From Malacoraja senta (Eukaryota), in assembly GCA_038087875.1 (NCBI GenBank), contig CM075998.1:4900062-4964000 (forward strand): a DNA stretch of 63,939 nucleotides, read 5' to 3'. Position numbers and translations under genes: made by a program. Shown piece after piece: positions 1 to 12,795 of the stretch (position 1 is its first letter; the number at the start of each line of letters is the position of its first letter). A model generated the notes under the pieces. It was not told the DNA's origin, made no database searches, and was given only the letters and a program-made list of their open reading frames with translations.

Positions 1-249
1 TACGTTCTCCCCGTGACCTGCGTGGGTTTGCACCGGGTGCTCCGGTTTCCCCCCACACTCCAAAGACGTGCAGGTATGTAGGTTAATTGGCTTGGTGTAT
101 GTGTAAATTGGCCCTAGTGTGGTGTAGGATAGTGTTAATGTGCAGGGGGGGATCGCTGGTCGGTGCGGACTCGGTGGGCCGAAGGGCCTGTTTCCGCGCT
201 GTATCTCTAAACTAAACGAAACTAAGCTAACCTCAACTGTTCCAAAGTT

Positions 250-620
250 CCAATGTCAAAATCAGAGGAACAGAATCTTATATTTCGCTTGGGCAGCTTA
301 CAGCCCAGTGGTATGAATATTGATTTCTCTAACTTCAAGTAACCCGGCTTTCCCTCTCTCTCCATCCCTCCCCCACCCAAGTCACACCAGCTTCTCGTTC
401 TCACCCAGCAAACAGCTAACAATGGCCCATTTCCTTTATCATCGTCACATTTTTGCATATCTTTCATCCATTTGTTCTATATCTCACTACATCTCCGTCT
501 ATATCTCTCGTTTCCCCTTTCCCCTGAAGAAGGGTCTCGACCCGAAACGTCACCCATTCCTTCTCTCCAGAGATGCTGCCTGACCCGCTGAGTTACCCCA
601 CCATTTTGTGTCTATCCTTG
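250..620 (+). mobile_element. PLE 3' fragment (ORF end EEQNLIFRLGSLQPSGMNIDFSNFK*) with a hammerhead-like motif at 524-554
   Basis: Similar to the 3' end of the PLE at 43602-44973; ctgaagaagggtctcgacccgaaacgtcacc. Confidence 0.8.
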
Positions 621-1483
621 GTTCCAATGTTCAACTGGGTCCATCACCATTCCCCACAATCTTACAGGAGAGGTTCAGCACAGAAACAGGCCCTTCGGCC
701 CAACCAGTCCGTGCCAACATCAAGCACTCGTTTACTCTGGTCTCATGTTATTCTCCCCATCAGCTTCCATGATTCTGACAGCCACTCCCACACTAGGGGC
801 AATTTACAGAGGGCCGATTGACCTATAAACCCGCACGTCTTTGGGACGCCGGAGGAAACCCACGCGTTCTCAGGTTGAACGTGCAAACTCCACACACACA
901 CACACACACACACACAGACAGCACCCGAGGTCAGGATCGAACCCGGGTCTCTCGCACTGTGAGGCAGCAACTCGACCACTCTGTGGACAGACTGTGTAGA
1001 CTAAGCCTGTATAGACACAAAATGCTGGAGTAACTCAGCGGGTCAGGCAGCATCTCTGGAGAGAAGGAATGGGCAATGTTCGGGTCGAGACCCTACTTCA
1101 GACTGGGTCAGGGGAGAGGCAGACACGGAGATAAGGAAGAGTAAGGTGTGAAAACGAGACAAAGAGGGTGGAGATCAAGGAACATGTAGAATAGATCATT
1201 GTTCGCTGGGAGAAGGTGACCACAAAGCAAACAGAGGTAAAGTTTAACGAGGACAGTCAGACTAGTCGGAAAACTGGGAAGGGGAGAAATAGTTTAACAC
1301 TGTTTACATGCGGAAGGCCAAAGCGTAACTGAACTGAGGTGCTGGGACACTGAAAGGAGATAGGGTCGTGAGAAAGAGAAAGAGCTCGGTGATCGGGAGT
1401 GTCTCCGTGGGACCGTGGCCCCATCAACACTATGCTCTGTGGACATTAAACCAAGGGCCCTGTGTTCGCGAGGAGTCCAGGCC

Positions 1484-1805
1484 GGCACGGTGGCGCAGTG
1501 GTAGAGTTGCTGCCTCACAGCGCCAGAGACCCAAGTTCCATCCTGACCACGGGTGCTGGCTGTACGGAGTTTGTACCTTCTCCCCGTGACCCTCGTGGGT
1601 TTTCTCCGGGTGCTCCGGTTTCCTCCCACACTCCAAAGACGTGCAGGTTTGTAGGTTAATTGGCTTGGTGTCAATGTAAATTGTCCCCAGTGTGTGTAGG
1701 ATAGTGTTGGTGTGCGGGGATCGCTGGTCGGCGCGGACCGGGTGGGCCGAAGGGCCTGTGTCCGCGCTGAATCTCTAAAACTAAAATCTCAAACTAAAAC
1801 TAAAA
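1484..1805 (+). mobile_element. tRNA-derived V-SINE (HE1-like), full length; representative of roughly 25 copies in both orientations
   Basis: A box tggcgcagtgg, B-box-like agttccatcc, V-domain ggagtttgtaccttctcccc, CR1-like tail gggccgaagggcctg and (ctaaa)n. Confidence 0.88.
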
Positions 1806-2775
1806 ACACTGGGGCAGAAGCATCAAATTCTCTGGCTGTGTCTCCGTTCCCCCCTTGTGCTGTTCAGGCTGAGAGTTGAATGAAGACAAGGGGAGCTGAT
1901 GGGAGAATAAAATGAGATCAGTGTGAATGGGTGCTTGATGTTGGCACGGACTGGTCGGGCCGAAGGGCCTGTTTCTGTTCTGAACGTCTCCTCCAGAATA
2001 CGGACACAAAACGCTGGCGTAACTCAGCGGGACAGGCAGCGTCTCTGGAGAGAAGGGAATGGGTGATGTTTCGGGTCGAGACCCTTCTTCAGACTAGTTA
2101 GGGGAAAGGTACGTGTGCGAATCAGACTGCAGCAGGGTTAGATTTGACTTGTCACCTCCTCAGGTGTACAACTGTCTGGTACGAAGTGATCACACAGTGA
2201 CTGTCAACGAAGGCCATGCAAAAAGTGCCGATGATAAAAAGGGAACAGGGCCATTGTTGGGTCTGGTGGTGGATTCTGGTTGCGTCAACGGCAACGGGGT
2301 GAAAGGTCAAGTGGCGGGGGGATGGGGCAATAAGAGGGGGTCCAGTTACCTGCCGGGCTCGGCTGACTTACCTCCCCTTGTTCCGACGTCCCGTAATCTC
2401 AGCTGGTCCAAAGCTCGGCTCTGCAGTGGTGCAGCGGGTAGAGACGCTGCCTCACAGCGCCGGTTCGATCCTGACCTCGGGTGCTGTCCGTGTGTGTGTG
2501 TGTGGAGTTTGCACGCTCTCCCCGTGACCTGCGTGGATGGCTTTCCTCCGGGTGCTCCGGTTTCCTCCCACATCCCAAAGGCCTGTAGGTTTGGAAGGTT
2601 AGTAGGCCCCTCTGTAAATTGCCCCCTGGTTGTGTTACGTTGAGGGGTGGAATCTGGGAGATGGGAACGCGAGAGGAAGAGTAGGTTAGAGATAGGGAAC
2701 GGTGATAGGACTGCTGGGATTGCTCAGAGAGCTGATAGAGACTCAATGGGCAGAATGGCCACTAGAAATATAGTG

Positions 2776-3070
2776 GCGGCACGATGGCGCAGCAGTAGAG
2801 TTGCTGCCTCACAGCGCCAGAGACCCGACTATGGGTGCTGTCTGTACGGAGTTTGTACGTTCTCCCCGTGACCTGCGTGGGTTTTCTCCGGGTGCTCCGG
2901 TTTCCTCCCACACTCCAAAGACGTACAGGCTTGTAGTTAATTGGCTTGGTATAAGTGTAAATTGTCCCGAGTGTGTGTAGGATAGTGTTAATGAGCGGGG
3001 ATCGCTGGTCGGTGCGGCCCAAAGGGCCTGTTTCCGCGCTGTATCTGTAAAGTTCACCAAACTAAACTAA
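2776..3070 (+). mobile_element. V-SINE copy
   Basis: Same consensus as 1484-1805. Confidence 0.85.
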
Positions 3071-4353
3071 CAATTTCCTGAGCTGTCTGAACACACAAAT
3101 TTAAGTTTTTTTCGCTTGTCTCAGTGTTTGAGGTCGTGCCTTCAGCTCACAATCACCCAACCCCCCCCCCCCCCCTCCACTCGAATTATCTCCCTCCCCA
3201 TCTTTAGACTTTAGAGATACAGCGCGGAAACAGGCCCTTCGGCCCACCGAGTCCGCACCGACCAGCGATCCCCGCACGCTAACACTAACCTACACACACT
3301 AGGGACAATTTACAATCTTACAGAAGCCAATTAACCCTCAAAGCTGGTCTTCGCTACCCAACTTGGGCCTACAATCTGCTCAGGAGCCTTCCTCTTGGAC
3401 CCGCCATTGGGCACAGATGGCACACGTGTACCCCTCTGGCTCTCATCTGTTGATCCGTCTCTCGGGGCAAGATGCGGGTGCATCGTGACGGAACCCTTCA
3501 GCCACGCCCCGCACACTCTCTTCCCGTAGAAGCCCCGTCTCTGACTGAGCGCTGACTTCCCATGTCGTTTGGCACGAGGCTCGGGGTCAGATTTGGTCTG
3601 ATTACGCTCAAAGGTAAAGCCCCCGTCGCAAGACTTCTGCAGGCACTAAGAGCGCTATGTAAATGCAAGTTGTTGTTGTTGGGAGCGAGCGCCGCTGGGT
3701 TTGGGAACGCCGGTGGGAGTTGGGGGGGGGGGGGGGTTGGTGGACAACCGCCATGCTGCTCTCTGCCGCCACCGCACGCCAGCACGTCTTTCTCCAGCTT
3801 CACCGTGATCGACCCTTGCCTGGCCCGGCCCACAACAACGGTGTCTCAGGGCCCGTCCTCGCCCGCAAGACTGGCGTAGCTGCCACCTCCGTCTGCCTAA
3901 TTGCCCGCTCTTCACTGGAGACACACCAACCAGTAAACGTGAGCCCATGCTGAGCCCGGGGGTGGCACACAGTTGACGAGAAAGCAACTCGTTGGCATCG
4001 ACGATGGCCTCTCTTAAACCCGCTGAGCTTTTGCCCGACTGGGGCGCCAAGGGAGGCACCTCCACTCCCCCCCCCCCGCCCCTCCCCCCACGGCCATCTC
4101 CGACTGCCAGGGATGTGCGCAGTGGGCAGGACGCCAGCCAAGGTTTGCCAGCGCAAATGCCACCTCGCGGGTGAGCAGGAGAGGGGGCCGAGTGCCGCGC
4201 TGTGCCCCCTCTCCGTTCCCTGGCACGCGCCAATGCTTCTGGTGCCCGCCGTGGCCGGCACGCCCTCTCTCTTGGTTAGAATGTGCGTCACGCAGTGCAT
4301 GTTGCCCAGGTCAGGTCTAACGCTGCATTCACCCTGTTGGATTTTTTTTCAAG

Positions 4354-4445
4354 GCTATGGTTTTGTGGATTTCGACAGTCCCGCTGCTGCACAGAAGGCA
4401 GTTTCTGCGCTGAAGTCCAGCGGCGTGCAGGCCCAGATGGCAAAG
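4354..4445 (+). CDS. rbms2: RBMS2-like exon (92 bp), end of RRM1: (G)[30 protein letters not shown]
   Basis: RNP1 motif GYGFVDF and RBMS-type sequence; tttttttcaAG acceptor and GTaagg donor. Confidence 0.93.
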
Positions 4446-4542
4446 GTAAGGGCACCGTCTCACACTTGCAACACAGTGCCAGCTGCCCAGTCGCTTGACC
4501 ATCACCATTCTCTCCTTCCCCTCCCTCCTAGCGCCAGCCAGG

Positions 4543-4830
4543 CGGCACGGTGGAGCAGCGGTAGAGTTGCTGCCTCACCGCGCCAGAGACACGGGTACCA
4601 TCCCGACCACGGGTGCTGTCTGTGTGGAGTTTGTACGCTCTCCCCGTGACCTGCGTGGGTTTTCTCCGGGTGCTCCGGTTTCCTCCCACACTCCAAAGAC
4701 GTGCAGGTTTGTAGGTTAATTGGCTTCTGCCAATGTGTGTCGGATAGAATTAGTGTACGGGGTGATCACTGGTCGGCACGGACTCGTCGGGCCGAAGGGC
4801 CTGTCCCAGGCTGCATCTCTAAAGTCTAAA
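4543..4830 (+). mobile_element. V-SINE copy
   Basis: Same consensus. Confidence 0.85.
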
Positions 4831-5733
4831 GGTGGGACTGGTGTAGATTGGTCGGCATGGTCAAGTGGGGCCGAAGGGCCTGTTTCGGCGCTGTGTGACT
4901 CTATGGGTGGCTCAATTGAGAGAACTGGCAGGCCGTTCAGCACTGAGGGCACGCCAACGTGCAGCCATGACAAAGGCATGTGAACACCTACAGACTCAGA
5001 CCCACAGAGGGTGGTGGGCGCATGGAACGAGCTGCCGGAGGAGGCAGTTGAGGCTGGGACTATCCCAACGTTTAAAAGTCACTCGGACGGGTACATGGAG
5101 AGGAGGCGTTCAGAGTTCCATATTCCACATGCGCAGGGTTGCGGATACACAGCGACACTCCCGTATCCAAATAAGGCCATTCGCACTCACACACACACGC
5201 ATTTATTTTCATCCACACATCTGCACAGGTCCCTGCGCATGTATCTATACATACACATACACACATATATATATATAGATATAGTCTGGACTCACGCTGT
5301 GAAAACACAGTGCACTCCAATGCTGCCAGCTGGAGGAGACTTCAGCCGTAAAAGAATCCATTTGTAAGCTTCTATTTTGGTGCTCTCACCTCTGAGGGTA
5401 ACGCACTAAAGTGGTGCCGAATTTCTGTCGGCTGCCTCCCAAAGAGGTGAGACGCTGCTTGTCGGAAGTTGAAATAACACAGAAAGCAATTTTGAACAAA
5501 GGGTGTCATTGAATCAATAGGACAGCACAGCACAGGAGCAGGCCCTTCGGCCCACACGTCCATGCTGGACACGATGCCAGGTGCAAACCAATCTCCTCTG
5601 CCTGCCCGTGATGCATATCCCACCGTTCCCTGAATCTCCATGCACTTATCCACAAGTTGCTCCCATCACTTCCTATCACGCTATAGAAGTTGGGAGGTCA
5701 TGTTGCAGTTGCGTAAAACCGCATTTAGAATAT

Positions 5734-6013
5734 GGTTTAAGAAGGAACTGCAGATGCTGAAAATCGAAGGTAGACAAAAGTGCTGGAGAAACTCAGCGGG
5801 TGAGGCAGCATCTATGGAGCGAAGGAAATAGGCAACGTTTCGGGACGAAACCCAGAAGGAAATAGGCAAAGTTTCGGGACGAAACCCAGAAGGAAATAGG
5901 CAACGTTTCGGGCCGAAACCCGAAGGGTTTCGTCCCGAAACGTTGCCTATTTCCTTCGCTCCATAGATGCTGCTGCACCCGCTGAGTTTCTCCAGCACTT
6001 TTATCTACCTTTC
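5734..6013. mobile_element. PLE-derived fold-back mini-element with 34-bp internal repeats, inserted in a CR1
   Basis: Inverted arms; gaatat duplicated at 5728-5733 and 6014-6019. Confidence 0.8.
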
Positions 6014-6401
6014 GAATATTGCGTTCAGTTCTGGGCACCGTGTTCTAGGAAAGATGTTGTCAAGCTGGAAAGGGTTCAGAAAAGAGGATGATGCCGGGAC
6101 TCGAGGGGCCTGAGCTACAGGGAGAGGTTGAGCAGGTTGGGACTCTATTCCTTGGAGCGCAGGAGGATGAGGGGTGATCTTATAGAGGTGTACAAAATCA
6201 CGAGAGGAATAGATCGGGTAGATGCACTGAGTCTCTTGCCCAGAGTAGGGGAATCGAGGACCAGAGGACATAGGTTCAAGGTGAAGGGGAAAAGATTTAA
6301 TAGGAATCTGAGGGTAACTTTTTCACACAGAGGGTGGTGGGTGTATGGAACAAGCTGCCAGAGGAGGTAGTTGAGGCAGGGAGTGTTAGACAGGTACATG
6401 G

Positions 6402-6945
6402 ATAGACAATAGACAATAGGTTCAGGAGTAGGCCATTCGGCCCTTCGAACCAGCACCGCCATTCAATGTGATCATGGTTGATCATCCCCAATCAGTACCC
6501 CGTTCCTGCCTTCTCCCCATATCCCCTGACTCCGCTATCTTTAAGAGCCCTATCTAGCTCTCTCTTGAAAGTATCCAGAGAACCGGCCTCCACCGCCCTC
6601 TGAGGCAGAGAATTCCACAGACTCACCACTCCCTGTGAGAAAAAGTGTTTCCTCGTCTCCATTCTAAATGGCTTACTCCTTATTCTTAAACTGTGTGTGG
6701 CCCCTGGTTCTGGACTCCCCCAACATCGGGAACATATTTCCTGCCTCTAGCGTGTCCAAACCCTTAACAATCTTATATGTTTCAATGAGATGCCCTCTCA
6801 TCCTTCTAAACTCCAGAGTGTACAAGCCCAGCCGCTCCATTCTCTCAGCATATGACAGTCCCGCCATCCCGGGAATTAACCTTGTAAACCTACGCTGGGC
6901 TCCCTCAATAGCAAGAATGTCCTTCCTCAAATTAGGGGACCAAAA
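6402..6945 (-). mobile_element. CR1-clade LINE 3' fragment
   Basis: WSPNLRKDILAIEGAQRRFTRLIPGM..RRMRGHLIETYKI; (ctattgt)n tail. Confidence 0.9.
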
Positions 6946-8135
6946 CATAGAACAGTGCTGCACAGGAACTGGCCCTTCGGCCCACAATGCACATGCTGAG
7001 CATGATGCCAAATTAGGGAAAGGATAGGACAGGTTTGGAGGGATATAGGACAGGTTTGGAGGGATATGGGCCAAACGCAGGCAGGTAGGACTAGTGTAGC
7101 TGGGACATGTTGGCCGGTGTGGGCAAGTTGGGCCGAAGGGCCTGTTTGCATGCTGTATCGCTCTATGACTGTCCAGTGTGGAAAGTCTCCGTTTTTATTG
7201 TGTCTATGGTATAAATTGTGAGTAAAACAGGATATGTTTCAGCTCAGCTGTAGTGCCCGCTGTTGTCAGCTTGGAGAGGGAATCTGGGCCTCTTCTGATT
7301 AGCACTGATGCGGGTATATATGTACATGGATGTATGATTGTATATATACATGCACAGGAACATGTGCAGATGTGTGGATGATGACCTGCGTGGGTTTTCT
7401 CCGGGCGCTCCGGTTTCCTCCCACACTCCAAAGACGTGCAGGTTTGTAGGTTAATTGGCTTCGGTAAAATTGTAAACTGTCCCTAGTGTGTGTGTGTGTG
7501 TGTGTGTAGGATAGTGTTAGTGTGCGGGGGGGGGGTCGCTGGTCGGCGCGGACTCGGTGGCCGAAGGACATGTTTCCGCTCTGTATCTCTACACTAGACT
7601 AAACTCAACTACAGCTTATTAATTGGGTGTCCGCGGATTTCAGTCTTGGCAAAACCGCTCAATTGAGTGGCTTTGAACAATAGACTCGAGGAATGATAGG
7701 GTTCGTCGATAGAGGTTTTCATTCACTGGGGGGGGGGGGGGGACCAGAACATAGAACAGTGCTGCACAAGGAACAGGCCCTTCGGCCCACAATGCACATG
7801 CTGAGCATGATGCCGACTTCCACCCTGGGTAAAAGGTTCTGACTGTCCACCCTATCTATGCCTCTCATCATTTTACACACTTCTATCAGGTGTCCACTCA
7901 ACCTCCGACGTTCCAGAGAAAACAACCCAAGCCTGTCCAACCTCTCCCCGAAGCTGAAACCCTCTAATCCAGGCCGTGTTCTGATAATTTATATGCTCAT
8001 AAGTGATAGGAGCAGAAATAGGCCATTCGGCCCATCAAGTCTACTCCGCCAGTCAATCACGGCTGATCTATCTCTCCCCTCCTAACCCCATTCTCCTGCC
8101 TTCTCCCCATAACCCCCTGACACCCGTACTAACCA

Positions 8136-8451
8136 TGTGTTTAAGAAGGAACTGCAGATGCTGGAAAATCGAAGGTAGACAAAAGTGCTGGAGAAACTCA
8201 GCGGGTGCAGCAGCATCTATGGAGCGAAGGAAATAGGCAACGTTTCGGGACGAAACCCTTCCGGGTTTCGGCCCGAAACGTTGCCTATTTCCTTCCGGGT
8301 TTCGGCCCGAAACGTTGCCTATTTCCTTCCGGGTTTCGGCCCGAAACGTTGCCTATTTCCTTCTGGGTTTCGTCCCGAAACGTTGCCTATTTCCTTCGCT
8401 CCATAGATGCTGCTGCACCCGCTGAGTTTCTCCAGCATTTTTGTCTACCCT
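8136..8451. mobile_element. PLE-derived fold-back mini-element with four 34-bp repeats (8262-8397)
   Basis: Inverted arms; TSD tactaacca at 8127-8135 and 8452-8460. Confidence 0.85.
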
Positions 8452-9089
8452 TACTAACCAAGAATCTATCTGTCCCTGCCTTAAAAATATCCACTGACTT
8501 GGCCTTCTGTAAAGCCAGGACATTGATTTTCGTTGAGTTTAGTTTTGAGATACAACGTGGACACAGGCCCACCGAGTCCGTGCCAACCAATGAACAGGGA
8601 GAACGCGCAAACTCCACACAGCCAGCACAGCGTCAGAGACCCGACTTTGATCCCGACCTGTGTGTTGTGTGGAGTTTGCACGTTCTCCCTGTGACCGCGT
8701 GGGTTCCTCCGGGTGACCCGGTTTCCTCCCCCATCCCAAAACACGTGCGGGTGTGTAGGTTAATCGGCCCCTCTATAAATTTCCCCCCTAGTGTGTAGGG
8801 AGTGGATGAGAGAGTGGGATAACACGGAACTGGCATAAACGGGTGATCGATAGGTCAGCATGGACTCGGTGGGGCCGAAGGGCCTGTTTCCACGCTGTAT
8901 CTCTGAACTAAGGTGGCTCTTGAGGATGGTAAACGTAGCTCTCATGGTGGACTGAAGGTGCAGGGAGAGGTTGAGCAGGCTAGGATTCTTCTTCTTAGAG
9001 CGCAGGAGGATGAGGGGTGATCTTAAAGAGATGTGGTTCAGATCATGAGAGGTATAGATCAGGTGGTCTTTCACCCGGAGCTCGGGAAG

Positions 9090-9666
9090 CCCTCGTGAGA
9101 CCACACCTGGAGTATTGTGTGCAGTTTTGGTCCCCTAATTTGAGGAAGGACATTCTTGCTATCGAGGGAGTGCAGCGTAGGTTTACAAGGTTAATTCCCG
9201 GGATGGCGGGACTGTCATATGCTGAGAGAATGGAGCAGCTGGGCTTGTACACTCTGGAGTTTAGAAGGATGAGAGGGTATCTCATTGAAACATATAAGAT
9301 TGTTAAGGGTTTGGACACGCTAGAGGCAGGAAACATGTTCCCGATGTTGGGGAGTCCAGAACCAGGGGCCACAGTTTAAGAATAAGGGGTAAGCCATTAG
9401 AACGGAGACACTTTTTCTCACAGAAAATGGTGAGTCTGTGGAATTCTCTGCCTCAGAGGGCGGTGGAGGCAGGTTCTCTGGATACTTTCAAGAGAGAGCT
9501 AGATAGGGCTCTTAAAAATAGCGGAGTCAGGGGATATGGGGAGAAGGCAGGAACAGGGTACTGATTGGGGATGATCAGCCATGATCACATTGAATGGTGG
9601 TGCTGGCTCGAAGGGCCGAATGGCCTCCTCCTGCACCTATTGTCTATTGTCTATTGTCTATTGTCT
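9090..9666 (+). mobile_element. CR1-clade LINE 3' fragment
   Basis: LVRPHLEYCVQFWSP..; (tctattg)n tail. Confidence 0.9.
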
Positions 9667-10766
9667 AGTGAATCAAGAAGCAGAGGACAGGGGTTTAAGG
9701 TGAGAGGGGGGAAAGATTTAATAGGAACCTGAGGGTTAACTTTTTCACACAGAGGGTGGTGGGTGTATGGAACAAGCTGCCAGAGGAGTCAGGGGATATG
9801 GGGAGAAGGCAGGAGGTAGTTGAGGCCGGGACTATCCCAACATTTGAAAAAAACATCTGAAGAGTCACCCAGAGAAAACCCACGATGTCAAAGAGGGAGA
9901 AAGCACAAACTCTGTACAAACAGCTCCCGTAGTCAGGATCGAACCTGCGTCTCTGGGCGCTGTCAGGCAGCAAGTCTAACACTGTGCTGCCTGACACGCT
10001 GAGTTACTCCAGCACTTGGTCTCTTTTAGGCTAATATCACGTTGGCCTTTGGATATAAACGGCTGGAGTACGAGAGGTCAGGATAGGTTCTGAATCTCTC
10101 AAGCGCTGCTTAGATGACACTGGGCAAGTTCTAGACAAGAAAGTCGAATGTCCTTGAAAGCAAAATGGCTCCTGGACTCAAAGGGTTAAACAACAGGGAG
10201 TTGTAATCTAGATGTGTAGGAAAGAACTGCAGATAGAAACATAGAAACATAGAAAATAGGTGCAGGAGTAGACCATTTGGCCCTTCGAGCCAGCACCGCC
10301 ATTCATTGTGATCATGGCTGATCATCCCCAATCAATAACCCGTGCCTGCCTTCTCCCCATATCCCTTGACTCCACTAGCCCCTAGAGCTCTATCTAACTC
10401 TCTCTTAAATCCATCCAGTGACTTGGCCTCCACTGCCCTCTGTGGCAGGGAATTCCACAAATTCACAACTCTCTGGGTGAAAAAGTTCTTTCTCACCTCA
10501 GTCTTAAATGACCTCCCCTTTATTCTAAGACTGGCCCCTGGTTCTGGACTCGCCCAACATGGCCCAGATGCTGGTTTAAACCGAAGGTAGACACAAAAAG
10601 CTGGAGAAACTCAACGGGACAGGCGGTGTCTCTGGGGAGAAGGAATGGGTGGCGTTTCGGGTCGAGACCCTTCTTAAGACTGGGATCCCCGCCCCTTCCT
10701 TTTCTCCAGAGATGCTGCCTACCCCGCCGAGTCACTCCAGCACTTTGTGACCCTCGACAAACTAGA

Positions 10767-11021
10767 TGTTTAAGAAGGAACTGCAGATGCTGGAAAATCG
10801 AAGGTAGACAAAAGTGCTGGAGAAACTCAGCGGGTGCAGCAGCATCTATGGAGCGAAGGAAATAGGCAACGTTTCGGGCCGAAACCCGAAAGGGTTTCGG
10901 CCCGAAACGTTGCCTATTTCCTTAGGTCTGAAGAAGGGTTTCGGGCCCGAAACGTTGCCGATTTCTTTCGCTCCATAGATGCTGCCTCACCCGCTGAGTT
11001 TCTCCAGCATTTTGGTCTATC
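10767..11021. mobile_element. PLE-derived fold-back mini-element retaining a full hammerhead core at 10928
   Basis: Inverted arms; imperfect flanking duplication acaa(a/c)ctaga. Confidence 0.75.
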
Positions 11022-11537
11022 TACAACCTAGAGTTATGTTCCCTGGATGTGATTGAAGTTGTTGGGACATTTTGAAAGGGACGTGGGGACTGGGCCCCAA
11101 GAGCAGAACTGGGGTGTTTTGGATTGAAGTTTAGAAATGCTTCTGAATGTAAGGATAAGGGGGAAATCCTTTAAGACCGAGATGAGGAAAAACTTTTTCA
11201 CACAGAGAGTGGTGAATCTCTGGAACTCTCTGCCACAGAGGGTAGTTGAGGCCAGTTCATTGGCTATATTTAAGAGGGAGTTAGATGTGGCCCTTGTGGC
11301 TAAGGGGATCAGGGGGTATGGAGAGAAGGCAGGTACGGGATACTGAGTTGGATGATCAGCCATGATCATATTGAATGGCGGTGCAGGCTCGAAGGGCCGA
11401 ATGGCCTACTCCTGCACCTATTTTCTATGTATCTATGTATCTATGTAAAGAGTAACGGAAGTTGGAATCAAAAGAAGGGTCCCGACCCGAAACGTCACCT
11501 GTCCTTTTTCACCAGTGTTACTGCCTGACCCGTTGAG

Positions 11538-11848
11538 TTTAGCTTAGTTTAGTTTCGAGATACAGCGCGGAAACAGGCCCTTCGGCCCACCGAGTCCGCG
11601 CCCACCAGCGATCCCCGCACACCAACGCTATCCTACACACACACACTAGGGACAATTTACACTGATACCAAGCCAATTAACCGACAAACCTGCATGTCTT
11701 TGGAGTTGTGGGAGGAAACCGGAGCTCTCAGGGGAAAACCCGCGGGGAGAACGTGCAAACTCCGTACAGGCAGCACCCGTGGTCAGGATGGAACCTGGGT
11801 CTCTGGCGCTGTGAGGAGGCAACTCTACTGCTGCACCACCGTGCCCGC
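11538..11848 (-). mobile_element. V-SINE copy
   Basis: Reverse complement of the consensus. Confidence 0.85.
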
Positions 11849-12385
11849 CCTACTCAGTGTTAGGTCATCGAGTCATACAGCACAGAAACAGGCCCTTCAG
11901 CTCAACTTGCCCATGCCGGCCAAGATGCCCCCATCGATGCCCGTCCCATTTGTCAATCATTGATTTTTAAAGACAGACATAAAAAAGCACTGGAGTAACT
12001 CAGCAGGTCGGACAGCACCTCTGGAGAGAAAGTACTGGTGGCATTTCGGGTTGGGACCCTTCTTCATTTTTAAACGTGAGATTGATAGATTTTTAATCGG
12101 CAAGTATCAGTTGCCAGTGGTAAGGCCTGGATAGAGTGGATGTGGAGAGGATGTTTCCACTAGTGGGAGAATCTAGGACCAGAGGGCACAGACTCAGAAT
12201 TAAAGGATGTTCCTTTAAGAAGGAGATGTGGAGGAATTTCTTTAGCCAGATGGTGGTGAATCTGTGGAGTTAATTGCCACAGACGGCGGTGGAGGCCGTC
12301 AATGTATGTTTTTAAGGCAGAGATAGATAGATTCTTGATTAGTTTGGGTGTAAACTTCGAACTTCACTTCACTACTAAAATTAGC

Positions 12386-12795
12386 CTGAAGAAGGGTCCC
12401 GACCCGAAACGTCACCTATCCATGTTCTCCACAGATGCTGCCTGACCCGCTGAGTTACTCCAGCACTCTGGGAAACGTCACCTATCCATGTTCCGGCAGC
12501 ATCTATGGAGCGAAGGAAATAGGCAACGTTTCGGCCCGAAACCCTTCCGGGTTTTGGCCCGAAACGTTGCCTATTTCCTTCAGGGTTTCGGCCCGAAAGG
12601 TTGCCCATTTCCTTCGCTCCACAGATGCTGCCTGACCCACTGAGTTACTCCAGCACTCTGTGAAACGTCACCTATCCATGTTCTCCGCAGATGCTGCCCG
12701 ACCCGCTGAGTTACTCCAGCACTCTGCGAAACGTCACCTATCCATGTTCTCCACAGATGCTGCCTGACCCGCTCAGTTACTCCAGCACTCTGTGT
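12386..12795 (+). repeat. Hammerhead-like motif followed by 66-bp tandem units with a nested fold-back
   Basis: ctgaagaagggtcccgacccgaaacgtcacc, then repeats of gaaacgtcacctatccatgttctccacagatgctgcctgacccgctgagttactccagcactctgt. Confidence 0.85.

Noticed and set aside
1484..1560. tRNA genes
   Set aside because: The A/B-box heads continue into V-domain and LINE-tail sequence in many copies, so they are SINEs, not tRNAs.
2200..2230. tcaacgaaggccatg (STKAM) as the missing upstream RBMS exon (..VSTKAILDK..)
   Set aside because: The flanking residues and splice sites do not fit; this is a chance match in repeat-like sequence.
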